Source: Spirochaetia bacterium
Lineage (GTDB): Bacteria; Spirochaetota; Spirochaetia; G963692905
Length of the DNA stretch: 64,000 nucleotides
Assembly: GCA_965261245.1 (NCBI GenBank)
Contig: OZ253446.1
Location: 1,233,300-1,297,299, forward strand
Direction of reading: 5' to 3'
The position numbers were made by a program, and so were the translations under genes. Positions 1 to 8,403 of this stretch are shown here, in pieces; the first letter of the stretch is position 1; the number at the start of each line of letters is the position of its first letter. The notes under the pieces were generated by a model, which was not told where the DNA came from, did not search any database, and saw only the letters and a program-made list of their open reading frames with translations.

Positions 1-1
1 G

Positions 2-616
2 GGGGACTTGAAGTTCAACTCCCCTGAGGTGAAGCGGGCCATTGATATTCTGGGCGAGATTTGGTTCAACGACTCGTTCGTCCTCGGTGGTCGGGACTCG
101 ATTTTGACCGTTCCGTTTGGCGACGCGGCCACTCCCCTGGTGACCTCGCCCCCGCAGGCGCTGATGCACCGGCAGGCGACGTTTATCTCGGGTTTTCTCC
201 CCGAGGATGCGCAGGCGCAAATTGGCGATGTGATTGATGTTTTCTACCTGCCGCCGATTGATGCCGAAGAAGGCAGCCCGGCCCTTGGTGCTGGGGATAT
301 CTTCAGTGCCATGCAGGATACTCCCGCGACCCGGGAAGTTATGCGCTACCTGGCCACTGGGGAATCTATCAAGAAATGGGTTGAAGCCGGGGGTGCTATT
401 GCTGCCCACAAGGATGCCAGTTTATCGTGGTATCCGTCGGAGCTGTTCCGGAAGGCTGCGGATATTATCCAGCAGGCGACCGTGTTCCGTTTTGACGGCT
501 CGGACCTGATGCCTGGTGTGGTTGGTGCTGGTTCGTTCTGGACCGGTATGGTTGACTATGTCAGCGGCGAAGACCTGGATACCGTGCTCGATAACATCGA
601 TAGTACGTATCCGTAG
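2..616 (+). CDS. ABC transporter extracellular solute-binding protein, C-terminal part (5' end outside window)
   Basis: Frame is open to the window edge (track start at 8 is an internal TTG). The C-terminal half resembles sugar-type family-1 solute-binding proteins. Followed by a hairpin plus T-run. Confidence 0.6.
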   Translation, partial: GDLKFNSPEVKRAIDILGEIWFNDSFVLGGRDSILTVPFGDAATPLVTSPPQALMHRQATFISGFLPEDAQAQIGDVIDVFYLPPIDAEEGSPALGAGDIFSAMQDTPATREVMRYLATGESIKKWVEAGGAIAAHKDASLSWYPSELFRKAADIIQQATVFRFDGSDLMPGVVGAGSFWTGMVDYVSGEDLDTVLDNIDSTYP

Positions 617-634
617 TACAAAAATATATTGTAC

Positions 635-677
635 GAGAGGGGGCGTCGCGCGAAAGCGTGGGCGCTCTCTTTTTTTA
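635..677 (+). terminator. Putative intrinsic terminator between convergent genes
   Basis: GC-rich imperfect hairpin (GAGAGGGGGCGTCGCGCG..GCGTGGGCGCTCTCT) followed by a T7 run. An A-run on the other side could serve the minus-strand gene. Confidence 0.45.
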
Positions 678-700
678 TGCGCTGGCGCGTGCGAGCGGGG

Positions 701-1174
701 TTAGTTGCCGAGCAGTTGCTGGAGGCGGTTGATGAAATCGCGGCGATGGCGGTGCAGGGCGCCCTGTCGCGGTGCCCCTGGGGGCGGGGCGGCGGTGCTG
801 CGGGCGAGGCGGTCGGATAGGTTGGTGCCGGTGAGTACGCGTCCGCACGGGTCGATAATGGTTGCCGCCGTCCCGGCCAGGCGTCCTGCCAACTGCAGGT
901 CGCGGGTGATGATTAGATCGGTCGAACAGGTATCGGCTATGATTTCGCGGTCGCTGTCGGGGCTGTGGATGACGGTGACCCCAGGGGTGGGGGGGATGTT
1001 GGTTTGCTGGTGTACGTACAACCGGATGGGCCCGTTCGCTGTTCCGCCGCTATCCCCTCCCTGGGGTGGGGCGAGTAGGGTAGAGTAGCGGGCAATTACC
1101 TTACGGAGGGCGCTGGGGAACGAGTCGCCGTCGACCAGTATGCGGGTAATGCGGGGGGGAGTCTCTTTTGCCAT
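701..1174 (-). CDS. YaiI/YqxD-family protein (DUF188, UPF0178)
   Basis: 157-aa ORF. Layout RILVDGDS...DREI...DLIITRDLQLA is typical of DUF188. Confidence 0.6.
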   Translation of the reverse strand: MAKETPPRITRILVDGDSFPSALRKVIARYSTLLAPPQGGDSGGTANGPIRLYVHQQTNIPPTPGVTVIHSPDSDREIIADTCSTDLIITRDLQLAGRLAGTAATIIDPCGRVLTGTNLSDRLARSTAAPPPGAPRQGALHRHRRDFINRLQQLLGN

Positions 1175-1191
1175 ACCGCGCCTTCTTTCTC

Positions 1192-2529
1192 TTATATACC
1201 GGGGGCGCCCAGGACTATTTCGGTGTCGGGGGGGGCGTGCCCGGCGGGCGGGGCGGTGTCTGGTGAGGCGGGGGGGAGTGCCTCAAGGGTGCATTCGCGT
1301 ATTTCCGGTTTGATAAAGCAGCTCTGGCCGCGGTGCAGGGTAAGGGTTTCGCTGCCTGCCGTAACGGTACACCCGCGGCCCGCGTAGACAAAGAGTATTT
1401 TTGCGCCGCCGGGTAGGGGGGTAGTAGTGGTGCCGTTCCCGCCCCCAAGGGTGATGGCGCGCAATGAAAATTCGGCGGCCGGGGTGGGGTAGCGGCGGGT
1501 GTTGGTACCGGGGGCCTGCTCGGGGTCTACGCGCTGCACCCCCTCGCCTGTCTCGTAATTGATAATCTTCAGAAGTTCATCGACGTGGATTGCCTTCGGG
1601 GTTAACCCGCCGCGTAAAACATTATCGGAGCTGGCCATAATCTCTATCCCGGCACCGTGCAGATAGGCGTGCGGGACCCCTGGGGCGATATACAGCCCGG
1701 CACGCGGGGGCAGGCACAGGGTGCGCAGGTAGAGCGGGGAGAGAACACTTAAGTCCCCGGGGTACTCCTGCGAGAGCCGCAGTACCCACCAATATGGGAG
1801 CAGCTCCTCGGGTGTGCCGTGCGGGGGCACCGCGGGCAGAGAAGCAATTTCTGATGCCGATACCCCGACGTGCCCCGCCACCCCCGGTAGGGCTTCGGAT
1901 AGCAGGCGCGCGCTTTTGGACGTATCGTTTTGCCCGATGGTAACAATAGCGCGGAATAATTTTTCCCGCGAGCTATCACACCCGAGCCCTGTCAGTACAT
2001 TACGCAGCGCGCCCAGGGAGAATAACCTATCGATCTCCCCCTGCTCCCGAAACCCGCACATGGCCCAAAACGGAGTGATGGCCATCATCAGCTCCGGTTT
2101 GTGGTTTGCGTCATTGTAAATACCGTTGCCTTGCGCATACCCGGCCCGGGCCTGCTCCAGGGTTGGGTGGGCCTGGATAGAGAGCGAGCGCCGCGCCGTC
2201 AGCAACTTGAGCAGAAACGGCAGCTTCTTACCAAAGCGTGTCACGCTCGCTTCGCCCAGCCACTCGGTTGGATTTTCGGCAATGACCGCGTCCAGTGCCG
2301 CACCGGCACCCACACCGGCGCCCGCACGCCCTCGCGGGGCACGGGCGGGGGGGGCGGGGGCGAGCAGGCACGAGGGCGCGCTGCTGTGCGCCCCCATCCA
2401 TACCTCGGCGTAGGGTGTTCTCTGTTTGTTATCGAACCCGCATATCTGCGGAATGATATCGTAATCTCCCCACGCATATTCCATAATCGGGCACTCCAAT
2501 CGATACATACGCATAGGTATATCGTACAC
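1192..2529 (-). CDS. manA: Mannose-6-phosphate isomerase, class I
   Basis: YAWGD near the N-terminus, LSIQAHP zinc-ligand region, HAYLHGAGIEIMASSDNVLRGGLTPK signature. Confidence 0.85.
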   Translation of the reverse strand: MYDIPMRMYRLECPIMEYAWGDYDIIPQICGFDNKQRTPYAEVWMGAHSSAPSCLLAPAPPARAPRGRAGAGVGAGAALDAVIAENPTEWLGEASVTRFGKKLPFLLKLLTARRSLSIQAHPTLEQARAGYAQGNGIYNDANHKPELMMAITPFWAMCGFREQGEIDRLFSLGALRNVLTGLGCDSSREKLFRAIVTIGQNDTSKSARLLSEALPGVAGHVGVSASEIASLPAVPPHGTPEELLPYWWVLRLSQEYPGDLSVLSPLYLRTLCLPPRAGLYIAPGVPHAYLHGAGIEIMASSDNVLRGGLTPKAIHVDELLKIINYETGEGVQRVDPEQAPGTNTRRYPTPAAEFSLRAITLGGGNGTTTTPLPGGAKILFVYAGRGCTVTAGSETLTLHRGQSCFIKPEIRECTLEALPPASPDTAPPAGHAPPDTEIVLGAPGI

Positions 2530-2551
2530 TTAAAAGCGTCTGCGGTAAACA

Positions 2552-4060
2552 CTACCACCCTAGATCTACCCCAATTTCTACCCTGATGTCCTCCCAGGTT
2601 ATCTGTGCAAAATCATCTACAATCACCTTCCCGGAAACTCCCCCCCAGGGCGGGTCTATTTTTGCGGCAAGCCCAGCCTCCCAAGTAGAATCGCCGGTTG
2701 CCTCATCGTACTGGTTTTTCCCTGTCAGCTCTATGGTAAACACGCCCGGCTTAACCCCAACCGCCCCCCGTGTTTTATGAGTATAGGTTTCCCACTCCTC
2801 GATGTCTAATTCATACCCGGCCTGCACGGAAACTTCCACTTGCCCTGTGTCCCAGGTAATAGACAGCTCCGGTTCAAGGGAAAAATCGTGCAGAGGCGCA
2901 CTGTCAGGGCGTCCATCAAAGGCGTATTCGACCCCCACCCCCCACGCCAGGGTACTATACTCCCCAACCCCCACCGCCCCGCGCCAGCGCCCGGTGTACT
3001 CGGTAAATAGATTGCGCACATCATAATAGCCCTGCGGAAAGTTAGTATAATTACCGTACACCACCCCCAGCCCGGAAAGCGCAATCTCAATAATATCCGC
3101 GGGGTTATACCGGTACCAGAGCTCCGCCCGCAACCCTTCGCGGTTGTACTCCCCGTGCTCATCCACGTATAACAGCGTCGCCCCGCCACCCCCGACTCCC
3201 CAGTAGTGCGGTTTCTCCCCAGCGCGCAGAACCACAGTAGCCGCAAATTGCGGACTCTGCCACAACCCCCATTGCCCATACACGCCCCCGACAACCGCCA
3301 GCCCGCCGGCGGCCCGCCGGATATCTATCGTCAGGGCGTGATGAAAAATATCGATACCGGGAAACACAAAGTCGTCAACAAACCACTTGTCATCCGTCGA
3401 TTCCCGGGGCGCGCTGATGTACGAATTCCACAAGCCCAACGTAATATTTTCTGTCACCGGCAACCCCGTCCCCACCTGTAGCTGCCAATTATCCCGAGGG
3501 TCCGTGCTATTGAGCGCCCCGCCATCCAGAAACGACCCGGCAACAATCAGATCAAACCCGCCCTCGTGTGAGTACATACCCCGCACCCCATACCGGTACG
3601 TACTATCAATCCCTTTTTCCAACCCAATCCCCGTCCGCTGCATCGCCGCATCCGAGCGCATACTGTATGCCAACGGTCTAAACCCCCGCCCCCCGGCAAC
3701 CCCCGTGCCCCGCAACGGCCCCACCGCCACACCCACTGGGTCAATAGTCAGATCAACCCCCCCGTCAACCTCCAACCGCTCCCCCGCCGCTCCCCACCGA
3801 CTCCCGCTCCCGCCGCCCCCTGTCTCCCACAACACCCCATACCGGGTAAACAGCTGATAATATTCATCTTCCACAACCAACCGCGTCTCACCCCCCTGGT
3901 TGTGAACGCGCGAATTAACCACACCCTTTTGACCCGCACCATACACTCCCCCGCTCACCCCGTTAGACCCAACCCCCATTACCAAAACAAACACCACCCC
4001 CCTCGCAACCACTCCCCCCCGCCGCAGCCCCCGCCGCCCACATCGTAACAACTCCCTCAT
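2552..4060 (-). CDS. Hypothetical secreted protein, possible outer-membrane beta-barrel
   Basis: Signal-like N-terminus (VVFVLVMGVGS). Gly/Tyr/Trp-rich alternating pattern. C-terminal aromatic residue (..GVDLGW). Confidence 0.4.
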   Translation of the reverse strand: MRELLRCGRRGLRRGGVVARGVVFVLVMGVGSNGVSGGVYGAGQKGVVNSRVHNQGGETRLVVEDEYYQLFTRYGVLWETGGGGSGSRWGAAGERLEVDGGVDLTIDPVGVAVGPLRGTGVAGGRGFRPLAYSMRSDAAMQRTGIGLEKGIDSTYRYGVRGMYSHEGGFDLIVAGSFLDGGALNSTDPRDNWQLQVGTGLPVTENITLGLWNSYISAPRESTDDKWFVDDFVFPGIDIFHHALTIDIRRAAGGLAVVGGVYGQWGLWQSPQFAATVVLRAGEKPHYWGVGGGGATLLYVDEHGEYNREGLRAELWYRYNPADIIEIALSGLGVVYGNYTNFPQGYYDVRNLFTEYTGRWRGAVGVGEYSTLAWGVGVEYAFDGRPDSAPLHDFSLEPELSITWDTGQVEVSVQAGYELDIEEWETYTHKTRGAVGVKPGVFTIELTGKNQYDEATGDSTWEAGLAAKIDPPWGGVSGKVIVDDFAQITWEDIRVEIGVDLGW

Positions 4061-4183
4061 ACTGCGATAAGCCCCCCTTGGGGCTCAATACATTAACCCC
4101 ACGCCCCCCTGTGGGCATAATATTACTATGCGCTACATTAAATATTACCCAAAGCGGGAATACAGGTATATTTCAGCCAATGC

Positions 4184-4213
4184 GGTACAAAAATATACAT
4201 TGTGTGCTACACT
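4184..4213 (+). promoter_or_regulatory. Promoter candidate, extended -10 (GGTACA-N18-TGc-TACACT), 7 nt from ATG 4221
   Basis: Read directly. No Shine-Dalgarno between the -10 and the ATG. Shares the GTGTGCTAYACT motif with 47194 and 48985. Confidence 0.4.
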
Positions 4214-4220
4214 CAAGAGT

Positions 4221-5510
4221 ATGCTGGATCTATTGATAATCGGCGGCGGTGTCCACGGAACAGCCCTGGCCCTAACGTTAACCCAAACCCTCGGCCGGGC
4301 CCGGCAAAGCATCCAAATCCTCGACCCCCACCAGCACCTCATGGAGGTATGGGAAAATAACTGCGCCGCCTGCGGGATGCGCTACCTCCGCTCCCCGGCC
4401 GCCCACACCCTCAGCGGCGACTTTTTCTCTTTATTAAAATTCGCCCGCATCCTGGCAAAACGCGACAGCACATTCAACGTCAATGAGGATCTTTTTGGTA
4501 AATACAAACGCCCCAGCCTACGGTTATTCCAGGAGCATTCCCGCTACCTCGTATCCCAGCACCAGCTGAAACAAATCCACACCCGCGGTACGGCTACCGA
4601 CATAACCATACGGGACAACTCCGTAGAGGTGGAAACCAGCGTCGGCAAAATTTTCGCCCGCCGGGTACTCCTGGCCACCGGGCACAGCTATCAACCAAAA
4701 AAAATTGACTGGTTTCAAACTGCCCGCACCCACCACCCCGGCCTGTCACTTGATTATATTTATTCCGACACCTTCTCCCGCGATGCATTACTGGCGAGCA
4801 AGCGTCCCATCATCGTCGGCGGCGGCATATCTGCCCTGCAGTGCGCATTATCGCTCCCGCAGCGCGGCAGGGTAGTTATAGCCCGCTCCTTCACCCAGGT
4901 GGCCGACTTCGACTCCGACCCCTGTTTCCTCGGTCCTGCGTGCCTGCGCGAATTCAGCAACACCAAAGACCCCCAGGAGCGCGCACGGTTTATCAGCGGC
5001 AAACGCAACCCCGGGACGGTACCCGGAGAGATTGCCTCCGCCTTCCAGCGGCAAATCGGACTCGGTAACATCGGGTACTGCATCGACGAAGTGCGCAAAA
5101 TCACCCCCACCGCCTCTGGTAATCCCAAAGAGTTCACTCTCGAGATGGCCTCCGGGCGCCAATTATCCGGAGACTTCCTCGTCCTGGCAACCGGCATCGA
5201 CTCCCCGCCCCTCCAGGCACCGCTCTATCGACGCCTCGTTGAGCGCTACAACCTCCCGGTGAGCACCGAAATTGCCGAGCAGCAAGTCCCCTCCCTGCCT
5301 GTTACCGACCAATCGCTGTGCTGGCACCCGCGCATCATGCTCTCGGGCACCGCCGCCCAACTGGCCTGCGGGGCAGCATCTGGAAATATTATCGGCACCC
5401 AACTGGTGCTGCGGAAAATAATACCCTATTTACTCGAGCAAGAGACCGCGCCTGCCCGAGCCCTATGGAAGCCCCTCCGCCGCCCACCAACCCCCACTGT
5501 TGCGGCCTAA
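4221..5510 (+). CDS. FAD/NAD(P)-binding oxidoreductase (two Rossmann motifs)
   Basis: LIIGGGVHGTALAL dinucleotide-binding motif right after Met-32 of the track ORF. Second GGGISALQCA motif. Start trimmed to ATG 4221 on promoter evidence. Confidence 0.6.
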   Translation: MLDLLIIGGGVHGTALALTLTQTLGRARQSIQILDPHQHLMEVWENNCAACGMRYLRSPAAHTLSGDFFSLLKFARILAKRDSTFNVNEDLFGKYKRPSLRLFQEHSRYLVSQHQLKQIHTRGTATDITIRDNSVEVETSVGKIFARRVLLATGHSYQPKKIDWFQTARTHHPGLSLDYIYSDTFSRDALLASKRPIIVGGGISALQCALSLPQRGRVVIARSFTQVADFDSDPCFLGPACLREFSNTKDPQERARFISGKRNPGTVPGEIASAFQRQIGLGNIGYCIDEVRKITPTASGNPKEFTLEMASGRQLSGDFLVLATGIDSPPLQAPLYRRLVERYNLPVSTEIAEQQVPSLPVTDQSLCWHPRIMLSGTAAQLACGAASGNIIGTQLVLRKIIPYLLEQETAPARALWKPLRRPPTPTVAA

Positions 5511-7546
5511 CCACTGCCCTCGCCACCCTGACTCTGGTCGCCCCCGCCCTCGCTCCCGCCGTTGCTCTCGTTCTCATCAAGTAATGTAAAAAATTCCTGC
5601 CCCGTAATAATTTTCCGCCCATACTCGCGCGCCTTCACTATCTTACTATTCACCGCCCCCGCACTCGCGTCGGTGTTTTCGTTCGTAACAAGATAATCGA
5701 GCGTCTTCGTCACACCTCCCGAGACACTCCCGCCCCGCTCCCGCACCAGGTCCCCTGCCTCGCCGCGCGTCATCCCACCCCCCAGAGGCCCGCTAAAGCA
5801 AAAACTAACCCCCGCCAGCCCGCCTTTGACCCCGGCCTTGAGGGTAATCCCCGATACCCGCAGTATCTCCTGCATCGCAGGATAGTGCTCGCCAACCGCC
5901 CGGGTGAACTGCTCGGCAAGAATATCACCAATCCCCCCAACTCCAGCCAGCTCCCCAGCCCCAGCCCCGGCCAGTTTCTCCAGCGAATCAAACCCAGCCG
6001 CAATCATTTTCTCAACAGTCAGCTCCCCGATGTTCTCAATATCGTTGGCGGCAATAAACTTCGCCAGCCCCAACTCCTTGATGGCGCGCAAATTCCCCAG
6101 CGCCTTCCGGGCACTCGTATCGCCTTGCCGCTCCAACCCGGCAATATCCCCCACCTCCAGGGTATAGAGCCCCGCAATCCCCCTCACCGCCCCGGTATCA
6201 AATAGCTGCGAAATCAGCACTTCGCCGAAATCCTTCACCCCCAGGACCTCCACCCACCGCCGAATACGGTGCAAAATACGCTGCGGGCACCGCGGATTCG
6301 GACAAATCACCCGCGTATCTTCGTTCACAAGCCCCCCCCCACACGACCCGCACACCGTCGGTATGTCGATGGGAGTGGTATCATCCCCACTTGCAACCAG
6401 ATACTCTATTTTCGGGATAATCTCACCCCGCTTACTAATGGCAACCCGCGCCCCAATACACAGCCCCATCTCCCGAATCAGCCGCGGGTTCACCAAATTG
6501 GCCCGCTGCACCGTCGTCCCCGCTAACCGGACCTTATCCGTAACCCCAATGGGAGTATAGTTTTGCCCCGATTGACTCCAGATTACCTCGCGGAGCACAG
6601 TCTCCCGCATCTCCACCGCAAACTTCAAAGCAATTTGCCGCTTAGGCTTGACCCGCAACTGATCCGCAACGTCAACCCTATCATCCTTAACAATAATCCC
6701 GTCAATCTCGTACTCCAACCCCCCCTGTTCCCGTGCCCCCGCTAACTCGTCCCGCCACGCCAGCGCATCATCAATAGACGCACACTTCCACGGCGCCGCC
6801 CGAAACCCCTGGGATTCCAACCACCCCAACAGGGCACTATGGGTTTTAAAATAACTCTCACCGCCGCGCTCCCCCCTATCCCCGCGGTGCCGCGCATCAA
6901 AGCAAAACAGCTCAATGTACTCACACCCCGCCCCGTCCTTCCGCTTCAGCAGCCCCGCAGTGGTGTTCCGGCTATTGGCCAACTCCGGGAACCGCTCCCG
7001 ATGCACCGCCCCGCGCATCACCAACTCCCCCCGCACTGCCCCGTCAAACCCCTCCCGTCCCCTCTCGTCCGCACCGACAATCTCTTTCGGCACACCCTCG
7101 CGGATACGCAGAATATTCTCGGTAACATCATCCCCGATTACCCCGTCCCCACGGGTAACCGCTACCGAATATTTTCCTTTCACGTATTGCAGCTCAATAC
7201 TAACCCCATCGAGCTTATGCTGCACCACCGCACGCTCCAGCCCAACCCGCTCCGCCCAACCCCGGAGCGCCGCCGGCGTAACCGCTTTATCCTGACTGTG
7301 CATAAACATAATATGCTCAACCTTCGGACGCTCGCCCCCACTGCCCGCGTTGCCAATTTTTTCCAGCACCCCATGCCCGGGATCCCGCTCCCGCAGGGTA
7401 TCCACCAGGGAATCAAAATAGGCATCACTAACCCCAGCGGGCACGCCGGCGTAATATTTTTCCTGAAAAAATACAATGCGCTCCGCCAACTCATCAACCG
7501 ATAGACCTCGCGGGTCCACCGCACTGGGCACTGTCTCTCTCCCCAT
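5507..7546 (-). CDS. ligA: NAD-dependent DNA ligase
   Basis: KxDG adenylation motif (HKLDGVSIELQY), Cys4 zinc finger (CGSCGG..CPNPRCP), HhH region and BRCT-like C-terminus. Start trimmed to ATG 7546 because the longer ORF runs into repeat A1. Confidence 0.85.
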   Translation of the reverse strand: MGRETVPSAVDPRGLSVDELAERIVFFQEKYYAGVPAGVSDAYFDSLVDTLRERDPGHGVLEKIGNAGSGGERPKVEHIMFMHSQDKAVTPAALRGWAERVGLERAVVQHKLDGVSIELQYVKGKYSVAVTRGDGVIGDDVTENILRIREGVPKEIVGADERGREGFDGAVRGELVMRGAVHRERFPELANSRNTTAGLLKRKDGAGCEYIELFCFDARHRGDRGERGGESYFKTHSALLGWLESQGFRAAPWKCASIDDALAWRDELAGAREQGGLEYEIDGIIVKDDRVDVADQLRVKPKRQIALKFAVEMRETVLREVIWSQSGQNYTPIGVTDKVRLAGTTVQRANLVNPRLIREMGLCIGARVAISKRGEIIPKIEYLVASGDDTTPIDIPTVCGSCGGGLVNEDTRVICPNPRCPQRILHRIRRWVEVLGVKDFGEVLISQLFDTGAVRGIAGLYTLEVGDIAGLERQGDTSARKALGNLRAIKELGLAKFIAANDIENIGELTVEKMIAAGFDSLEKLAGAGAGELAGVGGIGDILAEQFTRAVGEHYPAMQEILRVSGITLKAGVKGGLAGVSFCFSGPLGGGMTRGEAGDLVRERGGSVSGGVTKTLDYLVTNENTDASAGAVNSKIVKAREYGRKIITGQEFFTLLDENESNGGSEGGGDQSQGGEGSG

Positions 7547-7560
7547 CTCGTCTTTGTAAT

Positions 7561-7589
7561 AGTATATCACCGAATTCCCATTTTGTGAA
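7561..7589 (-). promoter_or_regulatory. Promoter candidate TTCACA-N17-TATACT, 14 nt upstream of ligA ATG
   Basis: Hexamers read on the minus strand. Confidence 0.4.
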
Positions 7590-7603
7590 TATAGGGAGTG
7601 AGA

Positions 7604-7754
7604 GGGGGCGCGCTGCCCCCCTCGCTGCAGCCAGCGTGCCCCGCGCAACGCGGGGCACCAGTGCGCTAACCCGCGCTTGCGCGGGTTACGGGCTCACTCC
7701 CGCTCGCCCGCCGCACACTTCGCCGTCTTCCGCTACCCCCCGGCGCTTCTGTAA
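7604..7754 (+). repeat. Intergenic structured repeat, family A, copy A1
   Basis: Shares GGGGGGCGCTGCCCCCCTCGCTGCAGCCAGCG..[hairpin]..CAGTGCGCTA..[hairpin]..TACGGGCTCACTCCCGCTCGCCCGCCGC..CTTCCGCTACCCCCCGnCGCTTCTGTAA with 17305, 34360, 57432 and 62128 (reverse). Confidence 0.85.
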
Positions 7755-7935
7755 CAGCATGCGTCCCCCCCGCGGAAACAAAGCGTAATGCGCCGTCACC
7801 ACGGCGCCAACAACAGACGCTACCCCCCGCCGCTTTCGTAATAGCATGCGCCCCCCCCTGCGGAAACAAAGCGTAATGCGCCGTCACCACGGCGCCAACA
7901 ACAGACGCTACCCCCCGCCGCTGTTGTAAAGCAGA
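7732..7935 (+). repeat. 87-88 bp tandem reiteration (about 2.3 units) of the family-A tail module
   Basis: GCTACCCCCC starts at 7732, 7819 and 7907. Each unit contains AAGCGTAATGCGCCGTCACCACGGCGCC. Confidence 0.8.
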
Positions 7936-7968
7936 TATCCTGATACCGGGGAATAGCAGACAGATTGA

Positions 7969-8040
7969 AAAATATGGCGGCTATTCAAAAATATGGCGGC
8001 TATTCAAAAATATGGCGACTATTCAAAAAATATGGTGGCT
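7969..8040 (+). repeat. 19-bp tandem repeat, about 3.7 units (AAAAATATGGCGGCTATTC)
   Basis: Direct reading. The last unit runs into the GAGCCTGTCGAAG motif. Confidence 0.85.
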
Positions 8041-8107
8041 GAGCCTGTCGAAGCCCCCAGTCTTGATACTAAACCCCGTACCAATACCGAGACTTCGACA
8101 AGCTCAG
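8041..8107. repeat. Inverted repeat GAGCCTGTCGAAG / CTTCGACAAGCTC separated by about 36 nt
   Basis: Arms at 8041-8056 and 8093-8107. The same motif recurs at 26852, 34770 and 62069. Confidence 0.75.
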
Positions 8108-8162
8108 TCTGCTATCTCTCCCATCCCCCGCGGTCCAACAACCAGAGAACAGCAAATTCTCT

Positions 8163-8314
8163 GCGCTAGGCATGTGAAGGGTGGCGGGGGCCTTTGCCCC
8201 CGCCAGACGCCGCGGGGTTCCGTTCGGTATCTCTTTGTTTCCAGCGGCGCGGCGGCCGAGCCCTGAGCACGCCGACCCCCACAGGGGCGACGCCCCTGTG
8301 GGGGTAGCGCCCAA
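8163..8314 (+). repeat. Intergenic structured repeat, family B, copy B1
   Basis: Shares GCGCTAGGCATGKGAAGGGTGGCGG[hp]CCGCCAGACGCCGCGG...CATCTTTAC...GGCGGCCGAGCCCTGAGCACGCCGACC[hp]GGGGnAGCGCCCAAC with 26918, 38595, 52356 and 46063 (reverse). Confidence 0.85.
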
Positions 8315-8403
8315 CGAATTCAAAAAATATTAATGTATCCAGGGTATCTGCTCTTTTATCGACTATGTATTTCGAAATACAAAAATTTTGTGAGGTTAGT
8401 ATT

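Noticed and set aside
7969-8040. Possible CRISPR-like arrays (19-bp units here, 21-bp units at 34700-34771).
   Set aside because: The units are contiguous with no spacers, number only about 3.5, and are too short. No cas genes are in the window.
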